Assembly: GCA_019056785.1 (NCBI GenBank) | Contig: DXJV01000054.1 | Location: 1-23,514 of the forward strand | From: Candidatus Heimdallarchaeota archaeon | GTDB lineage: Archaea > Asgardarchaeota > Heimdallarchaeia > JABLTI01 | Length of the DNA: 23,514 nucleotides | Direction of reading: 5' to 3' | Shown here: positions 9,373-17,906 of the stretch, piece after piece | Position numbering within the stretch: position 1 is the stretch's first letter | Layout of the letters: every line of letters starts with the position of its first letter | Notes under the pieces: generated by a model | Databases searched by the model: none | What the model saw: the letters and a program-made list of their open reading frames with translations, nothing else | What the model was told of the DNA's origin: nothing | Position numbers and translations under genes: made by a program

Positions 9373-10218
9373 ATGTATAGCTACATATCCTTAAAATGCA
9401 ATTGCCCGATTTGTGGCGCGTCATTAATGGATTCTTCAGAATTGGTGGATGATATTCCCAGTATTAAACTAACAATAAAGGATGGTGAAAAGAAAGGAAC
9501 GATAAGGTTGAGTGCGTTTTACGGCAGTTATAACTATCAAACAGACTTGACTATTGAAAAAGGCAAGGAATACCTATTCTATTGCCCCTATTGTTATAAA
9601 GAAATTACCTCAGAACGAGATTGTGACGAGTGTGGTGCGAAGATGATTCCTCTTAAAATCACTGAAGGAGGGGTCGTACGTTTCTGTTCTAGAGCAGGAT
9701 GTAAAAAGCACAATATAGAATTTGAGGATTTATCCCAAATTTCCACGTACTTGTTAGACCATGTTGCCGATCCATCGGTAGTAGAGCTTCATGATGGTCT
9801 CGAAAAAGAGGTGCAAAAGGAGATCATCAAAACTGGAACATTTCTACGAATATATTGTCCGAATTGCGAAAAAGGCCTGGTTGAAAAGAATTCAGTCATC
9901 TTTAAGATTGAAAATGAATATCATGAGAAAGGGTATCTGCTTCTCAGCCCCTATCTTAATGTCTTCAAAAACAAATCTACAATTTTCATTCCGGAAGGAG
10001 CAGTTGTCAAAACTATCTCCTGCCCATTCTGTGACTTCAATCTGATATCAAAAGACATTAAATGTGAGAAATGTGGTGCCCCAGCAGTACATGTGGAAGT
10101 GGCGGCGCTACGACAAATGATCGATTTCTATTTCTGCTCGAAAAAAGGGTGTCATTGGCATAGCTTAAGCCAAGAGGACCTACAACATGTAATGCTGGAG
10201 GATAGCATTTACTGGTAA
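9373..10218 (+). CDS. Uncharacterised Cys-rich metalloprotein made of two tandem ~110-aa repeats
   Basis: AAGGAGGG SD. Each half has CPxC...LS..(Y)...CPxC...CxxCGA...FCSxxGCxxH. Confidence 0.85.
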   Translation: MYSYISLKCNCPICGASLMDSSELVDDIPSIKLTIKDGEKKGTIRLSAFYGSYNYQTDLTIEKGKEYLFYCPYCYKEITSERDCDECGAKMIPLKITEGGVVRFCSRAGCKKHNIEFEDLSQISTYLLDHVADPSVVELHDGLEKEVQKEIIKTGTFLRIYCPNCEKGLVEKNSVIFKIENEYHEKGYLLLSPYLNVFKNKSTIFIPEGAVVKTISCPFCDFNLISKDIKCEKCGAPAVHVEVAALRQMIDFYFCSKKGCHWHSLSQEDLQHVMLEDSIYW

Positions 10219-10313
10219 AAAGAAGTGGTGGGTTCCAAAGAAAGAGCATTAAAGAGTTGGTGAGCCATCATCAAAAGCAAGTAAATTTGCGCTTAAAAAC
10301 AGAGGAAATAATT

Positions 10314-10862
10314 ATGACCAGTGATAGCTTAAAGATCATTCATCATGATTTTAAGCTCTCTGACAACGTTATCAAGAAGATTCACAAAATCCTCGTAAAA
10401 CATGAGAATGACCCGAGGAATATCATTCAAATCCTCCAGGATATACAAGCAGAGTTTCATTATTTGGCCGAACCTGTTATTTCTTTTATTGCTAAGGAGC
10501 TAGCAATTTCAGAGCATCGTATTTATGGTGTTGCAACTTTTTATTCCCAGTTTAAATTCGTGAAACCAGGGAAACATCAAATTCGGGTGTGTATGGGTAC
10601 TGCATGCCATGTCAGAGGTGCTCAATCATTGCTGGATAAGATCTGCAGAGAATTACATATTCAACCTGGTGAGACTACTAAAGATGGTCTTTTCAGTATT
10701 GAGAGTGTGTACTGTCTGGGTTGTTGTGCTTTGGCTCCTGTCATGGTTATTGATGACAATGTCTTTGGAAATATGAGTGCTGCCAAAGTAACTAAAATCT
10801 TGCGGAAATATCGGCGGGCAAATGCGCCCCGGAAAACTCCCGCGAAAGGTGGAGGAAAATGA
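10314..10862 (+). CDS. NuoE/HydC-like [2Fe-2S] subunit
   Basis: ILQDIQ...YGVATFYSQF...VCMGTACHVRG...CLGCCALAP. ATG at 10314 follows GAGG. Confidence 0.93.
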   Translation: MTSDSLKIIHHDFKLSDNVIKKIHKILVKHENDPRNIIQILQDIQAEFHYLAEPVISFIAKELAISEHRIYGVATFYSQFKFVKPGKHQIRVCMGTACHVRGAQSLLDKICRELHIQPGETTKDGLFSIESVYCLGCCALAPVMVIDDNVFGNMSAAKVTKILRKYRRANAPRKTPAKGGGK

Positions 10863-10865
10863 CGG

Positions 10866-12749
10866 ATGACTGATTTTGACACCCTCGTTCAAAAAGCGAA
10901 AAGGTCCTGGGATAAGTTGCATGCCCAAAAAACCCCTGTAATCTATGCTGGGGCAGCATCATGTGGGCGTGCGGCTGGTGTTCTCCCTGTTATTGAAGCA
11001 ATAAAAGAGTTAAAAGCAACACTCCCACTCGAGATAGTAGAAGTTGGTTGCATTGGCCCTTGCTATCTTGAACCGATTATTGCAGTTCAAAAAAAAGGGC
11101 ATCCCACTATTTTCTATGGAAATGTGCAAGCCATTCAAGCAGCAGAGATCGTTGAAAATTATTTGGTGAAAAACGACCCCCAACCTGACAAAGCAATTGG
11201 TGCATTATCATCCCCAAATGGCTCAGAAACAACAATCCCCTCCATTTGGGACCATCCGATGCTTAAAGCACAAAAACGCATTGTTCTGAAAAATTGTGGT
11301 TTAATCGACCCTCAAAACATTGAACATTATTTAGCGAATGACGGTTATCAAGCGTTGAACAAAGTTTTACAGATGAAACCCGAAACGGTCATCCAGGAAA
11401 TTACCGATTCCGGTCTGCGAGGACGTGGTGGTGCTGGCTTCCCGACTGGTTTAAAATGGAAGTTCACCCGTGCAGAAAAGGATCCTGAGAAATATGTGAT
11501 CTGTAACGCCGACGAAGGCGATCCTGGAGCTTTTATGAATCGCTCGTTGATTGAAGGCGATCCACATGCTGTTCTTGAGGGGCTCTTGATTGCCGGGTAT
11601 GCCATTTCTGCTGTAAAAGGGTATATTTATTGTCGCGCAGAATACCCATTAGCCATTCAACGGTTTCGAAAAGCCTTGAAAGACATGCGAAAGTTTGGAC
11701 TTTTAGGAGAGAATATCCTCGGAAGCGACTTTTCTTTTGAAATCGAGTTGAAAGAGGGCGCGGGTGCATTTGTCTGTGGTGAGGAGACAGCGCTTATTGC
11801 TTCGATTATGGGAGAACGAGGTATGCCCCGGCAAAAACCCCCTTATCCCTCCCAACATGGTGTTTGGGGGAAGCCTACAGTGATTAATAATGTTGAAACA
11901 TTAGGTACTGTCCCAGCTATCATCCGGAATGGGAGTAAATGGTATGCTCGCTTCGGCACCGAGAAGTCCAAAGGAACAAAAACCTTTTCGTTGGTGGGCA
12001 AAATTAGACGAAGTGGTCTTATCGAGGTACCATTGGGTACTACTCTCCGAACAGTCATTTATGATATTGGCGGTGGCATATATGAGGATAAAGAATTCAA
12101 GGCAATTCAAGTTGGCGGTCCTTCTGGCGGTACTATCCCTGCGGCATTTATGGATGAACCTCTTGATTATGAGAATTTGAATAAACTGGGGGCAATAATG
12201 GGCTCTGGTGGCATTGTTGTCATCGATTCTGATACATGTGTTGTTGATCTTGCGCGATATTTTCTCCAATTCACTGAGAATGAGTCCTGTGGAAAATGTG
12301 TCCCCTGCCGAATTGGCACAAAACAACTATTGAATCTTTTAACCAAAATTGTCAAAGGAGAAGGGACTATTGACGATTTTGAGCTGTTAGAAGAGCTGGC
12401 TCATACCATTAGTGAAGGGTCGCTTTGTGGTCTTGGGAAAACCGCTCCAAACCCGGTTATTACTACCCTTACTTACTTCAGAGATGAGTATGTTGCTCAT
12501 ATTGTAGACAAACGTTGCCCCGCGAAGGTTTGTAAGGATCTTTTCGTGTATGTTGTTGATGCAGAGACTTGTATTGGCTGTGAAATTTGCCGGAAGCGTT
12601 GTCCTGTTGGTGCGGTATCTGGCGAGAAAAAACAGCCCCACTCTATCGACATTACGAAGTGCATTAAGTGTGATGTCTGTTTCACCAACTGCCCTGCAAA
12701 AGCCATCCGAAAAGTAGACAAGGTGGATGTGATTCATGTTAGTCATTGA
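10866..12749 (+). CDS. HydB/NuoF-like FMN/NAD-binding subunit of the electron-bifurcating type
   Basis: N-terminal thioredoxin-like domain; GLRGRGGAGFP; CNADEGDPGAFM; GAGAFVCGEETAL; GGPSGG; ESCGKCVPCR; C-terminal 2x[4Fe-4S] (CIGCEIC, CIKCDVC). Confidence 0.95.
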   Translation: MTDFDTLVQKAKRSWDKLHAQKTPVIYAGAASCGRAAGVLPVIEAIKELKATLPLEIVEVGCIGPCYLEPIIAVQKKGHPTIFYGNVQAIQAAEIVENYLVKNDPQPDKAIGALSSPNGSETTIPSIWDHPMLKAQKRIVLKNCGLIDPQNIEHYLANDGYQALNKVLQMKPETVIQEITDSGLRGRGGAGFPTGLKWKFTRAEKDPEKYVICNADEGDPGAFMNRSLIEGDPHAVLEGLLIAGYAISAVKGYIYCRAEYPLAIQRFRKALKDMRKFGLLGENILGSDFSFEIELKEGAGAFVCGEETALIASIMGERGMPRQKPPYPSQHGVWGKPTVINNVETLGTVPAIIRNGSKWYARFGTEKSKGTKTFSLVGKIRRSGLIEVPLGTTLRTVIYDIGGGIYEDKEFKAIQVGGPSGGTIPAAFMDEPLDYENLNKLGAIMGSGGIVVIDSDTCVVDLARYFLQFTENESCGKCVPCRIGTKQLLNLLTKIVKGEGTIDDFELLEELAHTISEGSLCGLGKTAPNPVITTLTYFRDEYVAHIVDKRCPAKVCKDLFVYVVDAETCIGCEICRKRCPVGAVSGEKKQPHSIDITKCIKCDVCFTNCPAKAIRKVDKVDVIHVSH

Positions 12750-14304
12750 TGGTAAAAAAGTTCCATTTGTCGAAGGGAAAACTATTCTCGAAATTGCTCG
12801 GGAGAATAATATCCATATTCCTACTCTTTGTGCACATGAGCGTCTCCCCTCTTTTGGTGCATGCCGTCTTTGTATGATAAAAGTGCATGGTGTTCCCGGG
12901 TTCATGAATGCATGTACAACACCGGCGAAAGATGGAATGGTGATTACTACTAATAATCTCGAGATAAAGAAACTCCGGCGAGCCATTTTCGAGTTAATCC
13001 TTTCAGAACATCCCAGTAGTTGTATGATCTGTGCTCAAGCAGAGCACTGCGACAAATTTAATTCAGGAATAATGAAAGCCGGTGTTATTACTGGTTGCAA
13101 TACTTGCCCAAATAAAGACATGTGCGAGGTTCGAGCAATTGCCGAGGAATTGAACTTTAAAACCATCCGCTTTCCTATTTTTTATAAAGAACTTCCCATA
13201 GAGCGTAATGATCCCTTTTTCGACCGCGACTATAATCTCTGTATCCATTGTGGCCGTTGTGTTCGCGTATGCCAACAAGTGGAAGGCGCACATATTCTTG
13301 TCTTTACGAAGCGAGGTCACGATACCAAAATTGGTACTTCATTTGAAAAACCCCACATTGAAACCGATTGCAAGTTTTGTGGGCAATGCATTGATGTCTG
13401 CCCTACAGGAGCGTTGTCTGCGCGGGGACAGAAGTGGTATCAAGAACCTGATGACCGGGTACGGACGACATGCATGCTTTGTAACAAAGGTTGTCGTTTC
13501 GAAATGGATGTCAAGTGGGGGCGTATTGTTGCGGTCCGCCCCGACCCCGACTATAAAACTCTCAAAACTGGCATTTGTGTTAAAGGTCGTTTCTGCTTAC
13601 CAACATTCTTTAACGCTGTTGATAGGATCCGTTTTCCAAGATTTCTTCAAAATTTCAAGCTTTATCCGACGAATTGGGACGAGATTGGCTCCCATGTTGC
13701 GGAGTTGCTGGAAGCCTATCCCCCCTCAAAAATTGCTCTCTATCTTACCAATTTCCTGACAGATGAGTCAGATTATGTCTTTCGAAAGTTCGCTGAAATG
13801 ATGGAAATTACAAACATTTATACTACAGTCGAGGATTTGACTCAAATTCCTAAAAAAGGCATCAAAGTCTTGTGGACCACAGAGGGTTTACCAGGGTTGA
13901 AGAACTTTAAGACTCTAGAACACCTTATTTTCCAAGAAGTTTTTCCCTCTGAAGGGTATGAACTTGCAGATGTGGTTTTGCCGGCTGCAGCTTTTACTGA
14001 GCAGTTTGGCACTTATTATACTCAAAGGGGGCCAATGCCTATCCAGAAAGTAGTGAAGGCACCTGACCTTGCTTTAGAAGATTGGAAAATTGTTTGCAAA
14101 ATCGCCCAAGAGCTTGACCTTAGTGGGCTCAATTATCTGGATGTTGATGAAATTGAACAAGAAATGGGTCGGGTAAACTATAAACAAAAGGTCCGGCCCG
14201 TGGATGAATATTATCTCAAATACCGGGGAACGCCAATTGCTGAGAAAGTTCCCGATTTTAAAATCCTTCTCGAGTATCGCAAAAATAGAGCAAAACCGTG
14301 GTGA
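12736..14304 (+). CDS. NuoG/HydA-N-like Fe-S subunit with a truncated, probably cofactor-less molybdopterin-oxidoreductase domain
   Basis: IPTLC..GACRLC..C [2Fe-2S]; EHPSSCMIC; CIHCGRCVRVC; CKFCGQCIDVCP; TTCMLCNKGC...ICVKG; remnant ADVVLPAAAFTEQFGT. No H-cluster motifs; only 522 aa. Confidence 0.88.
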   Translation: MLVIDGKKVPFVEGKTILEIARENNIHIPTLCAHERLPSFGACRLCMIKVHGVPGFMNACTTPAKDGMVITTNNLEIKKLRRAIFELILSEHPSSCMICAQAEHCDKFNSGIMKAGVITGCNTCPNKDMCEVRAIAEELNFKTIRFPIFYKELPIERNDPFFDRDYNLCIHCGRCVRVCQQVEGAHILVFTKRGHDTKIGTSFEKPHIETDCKFCGQCIDVCPTGALSARGQKWYQEPDDRVRTTCMLCNKGCRFEMDVKWGRIVAVRPDPDYKTLKTGICVKGRFCLPTFFNAVDRIRFPRFLQNFKLYPTNWDEIGSHVAELLEAYPPSKIALYLTNFLTDESDYVFRKFAEMMEITNIYTTVEDLTQIPKKGIKVLWTTEGLPGLKNFKTLEHLIFQEVFPSEGYELADVVLPAAAFTEQFGTYYTQRGPMPIQKVVKAPDLALEDWKIVCKIAQELDLSGLNYLDVDEIEQEMGRVNYKQKVRPVDEYYLKYRGTPIAEKVPDFKILLEYRKNRAKPW

Positions 14305-14311
14305 GCGTAAA

Positions 14312-15172
14312 ATGTATGAAATCGTAGAAAAAAGAGAAGAAGTACCAAATATCCATCGCTTAATTATTCGTGAACCAAATGTCGCAAAAAAGGCTAAACC
14401 CGGTCAATTTGTTATTCTTATGCCTGATGAGAAAGGCGAACGTGTCCCCATGTCAATTGTTGAAACAAAAAAAGACACTTTCACTATTTTTATGTTAGAA
14501 TTAGGAATAACAACAGGAAAAATTGCGAATATGCATCCTGGTGAAAAACTCTATGCTGTTGCCGGGCCTTTAGGCCAACCGGCAGAAATAGAATACTATG
14601 GCAATGTTCTTCTGGGAGGAGGATGTTATGGCATTGGTGCTATATATCCATTGGCGAAGGCATTAAAGGCAAAAGGCAATAGAATCGTCACTATTATTGA
14701 AGCAAGGAGTAAATATTTGATTTATCTCGAAGAAAAACTTCGAATAGTTTCTGATGAATTCTACATTGCTACCTCTGATGGCTCAAGAGGAACGAATGGG
14801 CATGTTCAAACTGTTCTTGATAGGCTGATTAAAAATGGCCATCGTTTTGACCATGCAAAATTCATTGGGTGCACTTATATGATGATGAACTGCTCCAATA
14901 TTACTGCTCCTTATCGTATCCCAACAAGAGTAGCTCTTAATACTATCATGTTAGATGGTTCGGGAATGTGTGGTTGTTGTCGTGTTTCTGTTGGAGGAAA
15001 GACAAAATTCGCTTGTGTGGATGGGCCGGAGTTCGATGGGCATCAAGTTGATTGGGCTGAATTAATGAAAAGGAAAGCCGCCTATCAAGAGGCAGAAATG
15101 ATCTCCTATCAAACCAGTCCTCATATTTGTCGGGCTTTGATAGAAAATTATTTTGGTGAGTCAGATGAGTAA
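14312..15172 (+). CDS. nfnA: NfnA/SudB-like (FNR-family FAD/[2Fe-2S]) small transhydrogenase subunit
   Basis: KPGQFVIL...GERVPMS, GPLG, DGSGMCGCCRV...FACVDGPEFDGH.VD. ATG at 14312 follows a GGTGA SD; the ORF-track start at 14204 overlaps the previous gene. Confidence 0.9.
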   Translation: MYEIVEKREEVPNIHRLIIREPNVAKKAKPGQFVILMPDEKGERVPMSIVETKKDTFTIFMLELGITTGKIANMHPGEKLYAVAGPLGQPAEIEYYGNVLLGGGCYGIGAIYPLAKALKAKGNRIVTIIEARSKYLIYLEEKLRIVSDEFYIATSDGSRGTNGHVQTVLDRLIKNGHRFDHAKFIGCTYMMMNCSNITAPYRIPTRVALNTIMLDGSGMCGCCRVSVGGKTKFACVDGPEFDGHQVDWAELMKRKAAYQEAEMISYQTSPHICRALIENYFGESDE

Positions 15173-16664
15173 GAAAGATTCCCCCAAACCAAAAGGCAAA
15201 CCCACTACTTCCGTGAAAAAGAGTCGCCCTACCAGGCCACCTCGAGTAAAAATGAACGAGCAACCACCTGCTATCCGTGTGAAAAATTTTGAAGAGGTTC
15301 CTTTTGGTCTTACCCCTGAACAAGCGCGTTTAGAGGCCTCACGTTGCCTTCAATGCAAACGCCCGAAATGTGTTGAAGGTTGCCCTGTCCAGGTTCAAAT
15401 ACCAGATTTCATTGCTTTAATTGCTGAAGGAAAATTCGTAGAAGCCGCTTGTAAGATTAAAGAAACCAATGTTCTTCCGGCAGTTTGTGGTCGTGTTTGT
15501 CCTCAAGAGACACAATGTGAAGCGACTTGCATTCTTGGTCGTCGCCATGAACCTGTTGCTATTGGCTATCTCGAACGGTTTTGTGCTGACTTTGAGCGTT
15601 TAGGTGGGCATGTGGAATTGCCCAAAAAAGCAAAACCTAATGGAAAAAAAGTTGCCATTGTTGGCTCAGGGCCGTCGGGTTTAACTGTTGCTGGGGATTT
15701 GGCACTTTTAGGCTATCAAGTGACCATTTTTGAAGCCTTCCATAAAGGTGGTGGTGTTCTTGTCTATGGCATTCCTGAATTTCGTCTACCGAAAGAGATC
15801 GTGGAAAAAGAGATTCATTATTTAGAGCGTTTGGGTGTTGAGATTAAGTATAACCATGTTATTGGAAAATGTAAAACGATAAATGAGCTTCTAACAAGAG
15901 ATGGCTTTGACGCCGTTTTCATCGGTGTCGGAGCAGGTCTTCCACGATTTATGAATATCCCAGGTGAGAATTTAAATGGCGTTTACTCAGCAAATGAATA
16001 CTTAACAAGGTCTAACCTTATGAAAGCCTATCTATTTCCGGATTATAACACGCCAGTCATTAAAGGTTCTAAAGTGATAGTCGTGGGTGGGGGGAATGTT
16101 GCTATGGATTGTGCACGAACTGCCTTGCGCTTGGGGGCAAATAAAGTAACACTTGTCTACCGTCGGGCTCGGGAACAGATGCCGGCACGAGCTGAAGAGG
16201 TGCATCATGCTGAAGAGGAAGGGATTATCTTTAAGTTGCTTGCAAATCCTGTTGAGATTATTGGCGATGAACAAGGAAATGTCTGCCGTGTGAAATGTCA
16301 AAATTATACTCTCGGCGAGCCGGATGCTTCGGGGAGAAGACGGCCGATTCCCATTGAAAATTCCTTCTTCGAACTCGAAGCAGATTTGGTTATCATTGCT
16401 ATTGGTAATAATGCTAATCCTCTCATCCCTCAATCCACAAAAGAAATCAAGACAAATAAATGGGGGAATATTATTACTGACCCCATTGGTCGCACAAGTA
16501 TGAAGCGCGTCTATGCTGCCGGGGATATTGTCACAGGGGCAGCAACAGTCATTTCGGCGATGGGTGGGGGTCGTTTAGCGGCAAAAGCAATCCATTTCGA
16601 TCTTATGGGCGTTTCTGACCCAATGATTACGACTGCTTGTCAATTACCAAAAGAGGATGAGTGA
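15165..16664 (+). CDS. nfnB: NfnB/SudA (GltD-like) large transhydrogenase subunit, 2x[4Fe-4S], FAD, NADPH
   Basis: EASRCLQC...CVEGCP, CGRVCPQETQCE, GSGPSG, YGIPEFRL, GGGNVAMDCARTA..VYRR, AAGDIVTGAATVI. ATG at 15165 follows GGTGAG and overlaps the nfnA stop. Confidence 0.93.
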   Translation: MSKKDSPKPKGKPTTSVKKSRPTRPPRVKMNEQPPAIRVKNFEEVPFGLTPEQARLEASRCLQCKRPKCVEGCPVQVQIPDFIALIAEGKFVEAACKIKETNVLPAVCGRVCPQETQCEATCILGRRHEPVAIGYLERFCADFERLGGHVELPKKAKPNGKKVAIVGSGPSGLTVAGDLALLGYQVTIFEAFHKGGGVLVYGIPEFRLPKEIVEKEIHYLERLGVEIKYNHVIGKCKTINELLTRDGFDAVFIGVGAGLPRFMNIPGENLNGVYSANEYLTRSNLMKAYLFPDYNTPVIKGSKVIVVGGGNVAMDCARTALRLGANKVTLVYRRAREQMPARAEEVHHAEEEGIIFKLLANPVEIIGDEQGNVCRVKCQNYTLGEPDASGRRRPIPIENSFFELEADLVIIAIGNNANPLIPQSTKEIKTNKWGNIITDPIGRTSMKRVYAAGDIVTGAATVISAMGGGRLAAKAIHFDLMGVSDPMITTACQLPKEDE

Positions 16665-16736
16665 CTTTTTCAAAAACAGCCATTCCTTCTATAGCTGTTT
16701 CTCTTTCTTTGGAAGTTTTTCAGAAAATTTTGGATG

Positions 16737-17906
16737 CTAAATTAAATCCTCTAAAACACGCTCAACCATGTAGGCATGGTCTTTTTTCCAAGAATGATTT
16801 TCGCTATCAAATGTTTCTGCCCACAACCCATAAATTTGCGACGTTTGATAATCAAATAAATAGAGCTCAAAATTAGGGCATGCTCCCCAGACAAAATCTA
16901 AAAATTTGCTCAGGTGATTTGGTGGAGCTCGTACATACCAGAAAAAGCCGTCACTCATAAGGTAGTAGAGACTCATGAAAGGAAATTGTAATCTCTCTCC
17001 CTCGTTGTTATGAACATCCAAGTGGTTGTAAATCTTATTACTAATAGCGCTTTTACAGTTGCCTTTAATGGCTACTGACTGATACAAATCAAACGATGTC
17101 CAATGTAAAAAGACTCGATAGTCCTCAATAGCTTTCTCTTTGAGAAATCTCACTCTTCTACTGACTTTCTGTGCAAGGCCAGAAACAGGCTTTAAACCGA
17201 GGTCTTGAATCATTTCGACATTCTTTTTACGTGCGTCTAAAGAAAGTTCCGCAAGCAATTTAACATCTAAGTCAGAAAGCTCTTTGAGGATTGAGTGCGA
17301 AATTTCTCTATCTGGTGGTGGGGTTGATTTCGCATTTTCGTAGCTTTCTTTCCATCGCGTCCAATCGAAATCCCAGGTTTTCTTTGTGGGGTTCCAATAT
17401 TGTAACGCAGACTTTACACGTAAGGCTTTTTTCTTGGGTTCGCGAGGGAGATATTGATAGTCTGTTATGATTCCTTTGTCTTGAAGAATGGTGACCGTTT
17501 CGATAATTAATTCTAGTGTGCTTTGTGGTGCACGAAATTGCAGGAACAATCCATTCTCTTTGCCGGTAATTCTGTTCCGAAATAATACATAAGGATGCCG
17601 GTGACTAAACTTCTCCTCTAAGTAAATCAAGTGTTGTTTTTGTTGAACAGAAAAGAAAAAGTCATAAATTTCCAGTTCAAGAGCAGAAGTGTTAAGATCT
17701 GCGTGGACGCCCTGATAAATCCGTTTTGTTTGTTCTAATCGTTTTAACCGGGCAGAGGTATTAGACACGCTTAAATTGATTTGTTGAGAGATTTGGCTTA
17801 GGGTGGCTAGAGGGTTTTTTTGCAAATTCAGAAGAATTTCCATGTCCTTGGCATCTAACATTCTTTCCAAATCCCTCATTTTCTGCAGTTGCTGTTTTTT
17901 ATTCAT
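16737..17906 (-). CDS. Tandem (two-domain) Lrp/AsnC-like winged-helix transcription regulator
   Basis: Two HTH starts, LDAKDMEILLNLQKNP...LSVSNTSARLKRL and LSDLDVKLLAELSLDAR...VSRRVRFL. Each half ends in a W/F-N/D-x4-W motif. Confidence 0.8.
   Translation of the reverse strand: MNKKQQLQKMRDLERMLDAKDMEILLNLQKNPLATLSQISQQINLSVSNTSARLKRLEQTKRIYQGVHADLNTSALELEIYDFFFSVQQKQHLIYLEEKFSHRHPYVLFRNRITGKENGLFLQFRAPQSTLELIIETVTILQDKGIITDYQYLPREPKKKALRVKSALQYWNPTKKTWDFDWTRWKESYENAKSTPPPDREISHSILKELSDLDVKLLAELSLDARKKNVEMIQDLGLKPVSGLAQKVSRRVRFLKEKAIEDYRVFLHWTSFDLYQSVAIKGNCKSAISNKIYNHLDVHNNEGERLQFPFMSLYYLMSDGFFWYVRAPPNHLSKFLDFVWGACPNFELYLFDYQTSQIYGLWAETFDSENHSWKKDHAYMVERVLEDLI

Noticed and set aside
10860-10868. 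The nuoE-like and nuoF-like genes are in the same frame, separated only by TGA CGG ATG (possible Sec/readthrough fusion)
   Set aside because: A strong GGTGGAGG SD precedes the ATG, the TGA is not at a Cys-ligand position, and I could not identify a SECIS. Same-frame adjacency happens one time in three by chance.
12387-12986. Long antisense or alternative-frame ORFs (also 13208-13759, 11901-12326, 16032-16433, 14946-15323, 7376-7705 and other short ones)
   Set aside because: These are shadows of well-supported genes with no independent protein features.
12736-14304. [FeFe]-hydrogenase or formate dehydrogenase catalytic subunit
   Set aside because: No H-cluster P1-P3 motifs, and most of the Mo/W-binding domain is absent.
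15165-16664. Glutamate synthase small subunit (gltD)
   Set aside because: No gltB in the window, and it overlaps an NfnA/SudB gene, so NfnB/SudA fits better.
16661-16876. 71-aa ORF overlapping the nfnB stop
   Set aside because: It lies largely antisense to the Lrp/AsnC gene and has no recognisable motifs.
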